DNA of 64,000 bases, taken from positions 32,001-96,000 of the forward strand of contig JASLZZ010000129.1 in NCBI GenBank assembly GCA_030754595.1, in the 5' to 3' direction. Below are positions 58,925 to 64,000 of this stretch, in pieces. Each line of letters begins with the position of its first letter. Within the stretch, counting starts at the first letter, position 1. A program made the position numbers and the translations under genes. The notes beneath the pieces are model-generated. The model was not told where the DNA came from. It was given only the letters and a program-made list of their open reading frames with translations, and made no database searches. This DNA is from Nitrospinota bacterium. Its GTDB lineage: Bacteria; UBA8248.

Positions 58925-60567
58925 ATGCCCCACCAGCCCCGGCCTCCCCGGAGGGGGCGACCGCCGAGGCCCCCCTCGCACGAAGGGAGGACCTCTATCG
59001 CCAGACCCCAGACGCCAGCGAGGGCACCTGGGACCTCTTCCGGGTCAGCCGCGAGTTCGACGGACCGGCGGGATATTTCACCGAGGAGCTCATCTCCCGG
59101 CTGAACGCCTGGGCCGCCGGGGACGAGGAGTTCTCGGGCATGCGCTTGAAGGAGGCCGAAGGCCCGGCCTGGCTCCCCCGCGAGATTTTGCTGCTCGACG
59201 GCTCTCCGAACCACCTCCCGCTCACCGCCGAGACGGCGCGCATCGCCGAAGCCCACCTCGGGCGGAGCGGCGCCGCCATCCCCATCCATGTCATCAACCG
59301 GCGCGATGAACTGATGACGCGGGTGGCCCGGGCGCCGAGGGAAACACTGGTCCTCAGCCAGTGCGCCCAGCGCAGCCTCTACGACGCCCGCCTCTCGGAG
59401 GTGCTGGTGAGCATGGGGGCGATTGTCGTTCCGGGCCCGCTAACCGCTCCGGACGGTCCCCTCTCCAACAAAGAGCGAACCTACGAATTTCTGAACGGCG
59501 TGGGCGACGCCGCCGAAAACCAGGCCACCGGAAAAAGCGGCCCCATGACGGCCCGCTATCAGGCCCTCTCCGTGGACGGACGGGTGGCCCGCGCCACCGC
59601 CGAAACCATCATCGACAAGGCCGAAGAGCTCGGGGAGCGGTGGGGAAACTCCACCTTCTTCGTCAAGCCCCAGCAGGGCGGCGGCGGCGTCGGTTGTTTC
59701 CGGATCGATGTCTTCCCGGAGGGATTCGCCCTCCCCGACCTCAGCCGGCTCGGCGTCGCGCCCGAGCGCCTCAGTCCCATGCCGCTCTCCCTCGACCCCG
59801 GCAACCGGGACCATGTCCGCGCGCTGGCCTGGCTGGCCGCCCGCTACGCGGCGAGCCCGGCCACCCGGCGGGCCTATCTCCGGGGCCGCTTCCTGGCCTC
59901 CGGAAAACCGACTCCCCCCCTGACCGGCCGCATCGCCGGGGTGTTAAAAAAGTCCGCTCCGCACCTACATAAAAACCTGGCGAACGCCGCGGAGGGGAAG
60001 CAGCGCGCGGTCGAGCGCCTCGCGCACGCCATCGAAAATTTCCAACAACTATTCGGCAGGCCCTACCATCCGCTCATCTGCGACTGGATCGACTTCAGCC
60101 TCTTCAGCGTCCGTGCTCACCTTCGGATGACCCGTAGCGGACCCACGCTCGAATCCCTCTACGCCCGCCTCTTCCCGGTCGAGTTCACGGACGAGACCAT
60201 CGGCGCCATAGGTGTGGACAGCATCACCAATCACGAGGGAGAGGGAATGGAGTTCAACCGCTACGTCCCCCTCCTTCCGCAGCTGGTGGAGTTGGCCGGC
60301 GGCGCCGATGCGGTTTGCGGGGCCATCCGAAAGTCATACACCGCCTTCCGTCGTTTCGTTTCGTTCCTCTCTCCCCGGGAGCGGGAGCGGATGCCGGTCC
60401 GGGCGGAATTCGACATATCTCCTCTCAGCGGGCTGATACCTGAGGGGAACGCCGATCCGGTCAGGGGCCACTGCGCCAACACCCGGTGGAGTTCGTTTCA
60501 AACCAACACGGGCGAATGGATCGAGGACGCCATCGCCTACTATTCTTGGAAATCCCGTTCCAAATAA
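58921..60567 (+). CDS. Divergent ATP-grasp-fold protein
   Basis: LSNK.RTY, FFVKPQQGGGGVG, FSVRAHL, EFD…EGNADP (D…ExN); ATGA overlap with the upstream gene. Confidence 0.62.
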   Translation: MNAPPAPASPEGATAEAPLARREDLYRQTPDASEGTWDLFRVSREFDGPAGYFTEELISRLNAWAAGDEEFSGMRLKEAEGPAWLPREILLLDGSPNHLPLTAETARIAEAHLGRSGAAIPIHVINRRDELMTRVARAPRETLVLSQCAQRSLYDARLSEVLVSMGAIVVPGPLTAPDGPLSNKERTYEFLNGVGDAAENQATGKSGPMTARYQALSVDGRVARATAETIIDKAEELGERWGNSTFFVKPQQGGGGVGCFRIDVFPEGFALPDLSRLGVAPERLSPMPLSLDPGNRDHVRALAWLAARYAASPATRRAYLRGRFLASGKPTPPLTGRIAGVLKKSAPHLHKNLANAAEGKQRAVERLAHAIENFQQLFGRPYHPLICDWIDFSLFSVRAHLRMTRSGPTLESLYARLFPVEFTDETIGAIGVDSITNHEGEGMEFNRYVPLLPQLVELAGGADAVCGAIRKSYTAFRRFVSFLSPRERERMPVRAEFDISPLSGLIPEGNADPVRGHCANTRWSSFQTNTGEWIEDAIAYYSWKSRSK

Positions 60568-60654
60568 GCTAGACTAGCGAAAACACCCTAGCCCTTCCGG
60601 ACAATGAGGCCACTGGCCCCGGTCCGGCCCTTTAATGAAAGGCAGAGGGGTTCC

Positions 60655-63600
60655 ATGGCCGGCCTTTTTAAGCGGTTGTTCAATGTCCGTGAGGACGAAT
60701 TTCTCGTCTTCGCCGCTTTCTTCTTCTTCTATTTTCTGATTGGGCTCCAGTTCTCGATCGGCCTCTCCGTCTCCGAGGCCCTTTTCCTATCACACCCGAA
60801 AGTAGGGCCCTCCTTCCTCCCCTACATGTATATTTTCAACGCCCTCGTGATCATCGTCGTGAGCATGGTCTACACCCGGTTCACGGAAATGCTTTCGATT
60901 CCCTCGATGTTCAAGGCGGTCCTCCTGTTTTTCATCGGGCTGATCCTGGTCATCCGAATGGGGATCTCGGTGGACATCCGAGCGATGGACATCCCCATCG
61001 CCCTGCCGTTCCTCCATACCTTGTTCATGATGTTCACGAACATGGTCCCGAACAATTTCCGGGCCTTCTACGGACTCTATCTCGATATCCTCCAGGCGAA
61101 ACGCCTGGTCCCGATTATTTTGACCGGCGGGCGCTACGGCGGAATCATCGGGGGCTTCTCGATTCCCCTCCTGGTCGCCATCCTGGGCAACGTGGCGAAC
61201 CTGCTTTATTTCTGGATTGCGACCATCGCTTTTTCGATCTTTCTTATCACGGGAATTCAGATTCGCCTCCGGGACCAACTCCTCGACAAATCGGAGGCCC
61301 CAAAGAAAAAAGCCTCGGCCAAGAGCAAGGCCAAGAGCGGGATATCCCTCCTGGAAACGAACCGCTACGTGGCGGCGTTCTCCATCTTCAGCTTCATCAT
61401 CATCCTCCTGAGAAGTTTTCAGGACTATCAGTACAGTGTCATTTTCCGGCAGGTATTCGAGGACAAGGCCCAGCTCGCCTCCTTTCTCGGGATGTTCACC
61501 GGAATCGGAAGCGCCGTCGCCCTCCTGATTCAGACCTTCATCACCCCGCGAATCATCAGGCACATGGGCCTGGCCACCGCCAACTTGATCTACCCCCTGA
61601 CGACGCTTTTGGGCCTGGCCGCCATGATCCTCTCGCCGGGCTTCTACTCGGCGGTGTTCCTGAGATTCAATAACAAGAACTTCCAGGAATCCATCCGCAA
61701 TCCGATCAACGCCCTTTTGTACAACGCACTGCCCACGAACCTCCGTAGCCGCGTGGGGGCCTTCGTGGCGGGCCAGGTCGTCGCCATTGCAAGCATTCTG
61801 AGCGGAGTCATCTTGCTCATCATCCGGCCCACCGGACTCGCCCTCCTGCCGTTGACTCCGAGGTGGGTGGCCGGAATCACCTTCGTCATCGCCTCGGGCT
61901 ATCTGGCGGCAGGGTTCTTCCTCAGGAGCGAATACTCCGCCGCACTCCGAAAAATGCTCGAGGAGCGGAACCTCGGCCTCTTCCGGTTCGCAAAGGAAGG
62001 GTTCGGGGATGTTGACGAGGAGAGCATGTCGATTCTCGTCAAGAATCTCCACGAGGGCGACGACGATCTTTGTACATACGCGGCCGGCATGATCGCCGAA
62101 ACGGGCGACGCCAAGGCAGTCAGCTTCATCTTGGACGAAGTCCCCCACCGGACGGGCGCCTGTCTGTGCAGCCTGATTCACCTTCTCGCCCAGACGCCCG
62201 ACGTCGCCGAAAACCAACGGGTCCGAAAGCTCTGGGAGCAGATGCTCAACTCGAACGACGACGACAGCCGCCAGGCGACCATGGACGCGATATCCGAGGC
62301 CGGCCTGATTGACGAGTACGTGGAGCGGATCCAGGAAAGCCTGGAGCACAAATCCCCCATGGTTCGCTCGCGGGCGATCTGCCTCCTCGTCCACTCGGAC
62401 GATCTTTTCTTCCTGGCGGCGGGTCTTCAGACGCTTCACGGCATGCTCGAGGATGAAAGCCCCGAGGAGCGGATCTGCGCGCTCCGGTGTATCGGGGAAC
62501 TCGAGAATCCGCGCTTCGTCCGCCGGGTGATCCCCCACCTCTCCGACGCCGACAGTGTGGTGCGCGAGTCGGCCATGGAATCGATCGAGCGCCTCCTCAA
62601 GGACGATATTGGAGACAGCCAGCGCCTCAACCAAATCATACATGTCGCGCTGGTGGATTCAGACGCTTCGATCAGACGGCGCGGGGTCCGGCTTCTGGGG
62701 AGAAGGGGGATCCGGGAGGACTTCGAGCGCCTTCTCGCCTCCCTGTCCGACCCCGACGCGATGGTCCGTAGCGAAGCGGTGAGTTCGCTCAAGGAGATGA
62801 AACGGAGGGAGGCCCTCACCCTCGAGGGCGGCGCCTTGTTCACCCTTCTCGGGCGATGGCTCTCCCCCTCGGTTAACGGAAACGGTCATGAGATGAGCAA
62901 CGACGAGTTGATCGAAGGGCTGACGGAATTCTCGCTCGAACACCTCCTCGGCGTCTACGAAATTATCAATCACCTCCACGCGATCGAGCGCCTGGAGGAG
63001 AGCGAGTCCTTCGTCATGCTGCGGAGTACCCTCAACGACAAGGTGCAGGAACGCCAGAGCCTCATCCTCTCGCTCCTCGGGGTTATCGGTGACGAGAAAA
63101 CCGTGGACACGGTATCCGAATCCCTCGCCCGGGGAGAGAAAACTTCGCACGCGATCGCTATAGAAACGCTGAGCAACGTGAACGCGGTGGGCGATATCCG
63201 CCAGGTGATCCTCATGCTCGAGCCGCTTTTGCTCGGCGGGACAACCAGCGAAAAACTCGCCGAGGGCCGCAAAGTGTGGCAACTTCAGCCCGTCGATTCC
63301 GGGGAAGCGGTCAGGATATACACTGAATCGGCGGACCCGTGGATCCGGGCTGTGGCGGTCGATGCCGCCGGGCATCTCATGGCGGATGAGCAGGCCGCCC
63401 CTTCGGCCGGAGCCGGTGCCGCCGGGGAGAATCGAAGTAAATGGACGAGCCGCATCAACGCGCTGGCCGTAGACGAGGACAGCTATGTGCGCGAGGCGGC
63501 GGTGAGCGCTCTTGGGCGGGTGGACAACTCGGGACCCCGGAAGTGGTTGGACGCCGCCGCCGGCGACGCCGAAGAGCGCGTCCGCAGGCAGGGGCGGCGC

Positions 63601-64000
63601 GCCTCCGGAGAAGAGGGGAAATACGATAACCTCTCCACCATCGAGAAGGCTCTCTTCCTCAAGGGGGTCAACTTGTTTGAGTCGATGACGGCCGAGCAAC
63701 TCAGAATCCTCAGCGATATTTCAACCGAGATTCATATCCCCTCGGGAAAGGTCATATTCGATGAGGGAGACCCCTGTGACTATCTCTACGTCATCGTCGA
63801 CGGAGAGGTGGAAATCACCAAGGATATGGGACATGATGGCGAGCAAATACTGGTCACGCTGACTCCTCCAGCCTCTTTCGGCGAGATTGCACTCTTCGGG
63901 GACGAAGGCCGCTCGGCCGGCGCCCGGACCGGAAAAGACATCACCCTGCTAGGCATCGAGAAAGACCCTTTCCTCGCCCTGATTGAGGCTCATCCGGCGA
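60655..64000 (+). CDS. NTT/MFS-type transporter fused to HEAT repeats and a C-terminal cNMP-binding domain; runs off window end
   Basis: ATG 60655 gives MAGLFKRLFNVREDE…EALFLS…LPYMY and about 12 TM; then HEAT-like repeats (LSDADSVVRESA, DEDSYVREAA) and IEKALFLKGV…IFDEGD…FGEIAL…RSA; start and end are in the same frame. Confidence 0.85.
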   Translation, partial: MAGLFKRLFNVREDEFLVFAAFFFFYFLIGLQFSIGLSVSEALFLSHPKVGPSFLPYMYIFNALVIIVVSMVYTRFTEMLSIPSMFKAVLLFFIGLILVIRMGISVDIRAMDIPIALPFLHTLFMMFTNMVPNNFRAFYGLYLDILQAKRLVPIILTGGRYGGIIGGFSIPLLVAILGNVANLLYFWIATIAFSIFLITGIQIRLRDQLLDKSEAPKKKASAKSKAKSGISLLETNRYVAAFSIFSFIIILLRSFQDYQYSVIFRQVFEDKAQLASFLGMFTGIGSAVALLIQTFITPRIIRHMGLATANLIYPLTTLLGLAAMILSPGFYSAVFLRFNNKNFQESIRNPINALLYNALPTNLRSRVGAFVAGQVVAIASILSGVILLIIRPTGLALLPLTPRWVAGITFVIASGYLAAGFFLRSEYSAALRKMLEERNLGLFRFAKEGFGDVDEESMSILVKNLHEGDDDLCTYAAGMIAETGDAKAVSFILDEVPHRTGACLCSLIHLLAQTPDVAENQRVRKLWEQMLNSNDDDSRQATMDAISEAGLIDEYVERIQESLEHKSPMVRSRAICLLVHSDDLFFLAAGLQTLHGMLEDESPEERICALRCIGELENPRFVRRVIPHLSDADSVVRESAMESIERLLKDDIGDSQRLNQIIHVALVDSDASIRRRGVRLLGRRGIREDFERLLASLSDPDAMVRSEAVSSLKEMKRREALTLEGGALFTLLGRWLSPSVNGNGHEMSNDELIEGLTEFSLEHLLGVYEIINHLHAIERLEESESFVMLRSTLNDKVQERQSLILSLLGVIGDEKTVDTVSESLARGEKTSHAIAIETLSNVNAVGDIRQVILMLEPLLLGGTTSEKLAEGRKVWQLQPVDSGEAVRIYTESADPWIRAVAVDAAGHLMADEQAAPSAGAGAAGENRSKWTSRINALAVDEDSYVREAAVSALGRVDNSGPRKWLDAAAGDAEERVRRQGRRASGEEGKYDNLSTIEKALFLKGVNLFESMTAEQLRILSDISTEIHIPSGKVIFDEGDPCDYLYVIVDGEVEITKDMGHDGEQILVTLTPPASFGEIALFGDEGRSAGARTGKDITLLGIEKDPFLALIEAHPA

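Noticed and set aside
60790..63699. 617-aa and 346-aa minus-strand ORFs
   Set aside because: Shadows of the plus-strand NTT-HEAT-cNMP gene starting at 60655.

Overview
GC-rich bacterial chromosomal window of about 60 genes. No rRNA, tRNA or CRISPR array was seen. The lineage cannot be fixed from sequence alone. In order, it holds: the end of a PotA/FbpC-type ABC operon with two tandem ATPases and a CapA-family gene; a small ribbon-helix-helix gene behind tandem palindromes; a lipase-like gene; dacA; and a split ThDP decarboxylase (ComDE-like). A decaying block follows: a CocE/NonD hydrolase with an in-frame amber, a twice-frameshifted amidase, a lower-GC AbiEi/AbiEii type IV toxin-antitoxin island with a frameshifted toxin, and a SHOCT remnant. 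Next come RidA, cupin, IPMDH-like and Ldh_2 genes, then a complete cytochrome c maturation operon with a Cys-type CcmE (CPSKF) and a short ccmD absent from the ORF track. After that: ilvC; a delta-9-type desaturase with a long Ala-rich tail; an Ldh_2-SuyAB-like-methyltransferase-Ldh_2-IMPase cluster; a DUF3090/SCO1664 pair; and tetR-copA-copZ. An ATPase-less Dpp-type transporter plus a deacetylase is divergent from a tight three-gene operon (ATP-grasp, DUF1611-like P-loop protein, highly divergent second ATP-grasp). That operon is the best candidate for an undescribed system. The window ends inside a large NTT/MFS-HEAT-cNMP protein that is missing from the ORF track. All family calls are from motif recognition by eye; no database searches were run.
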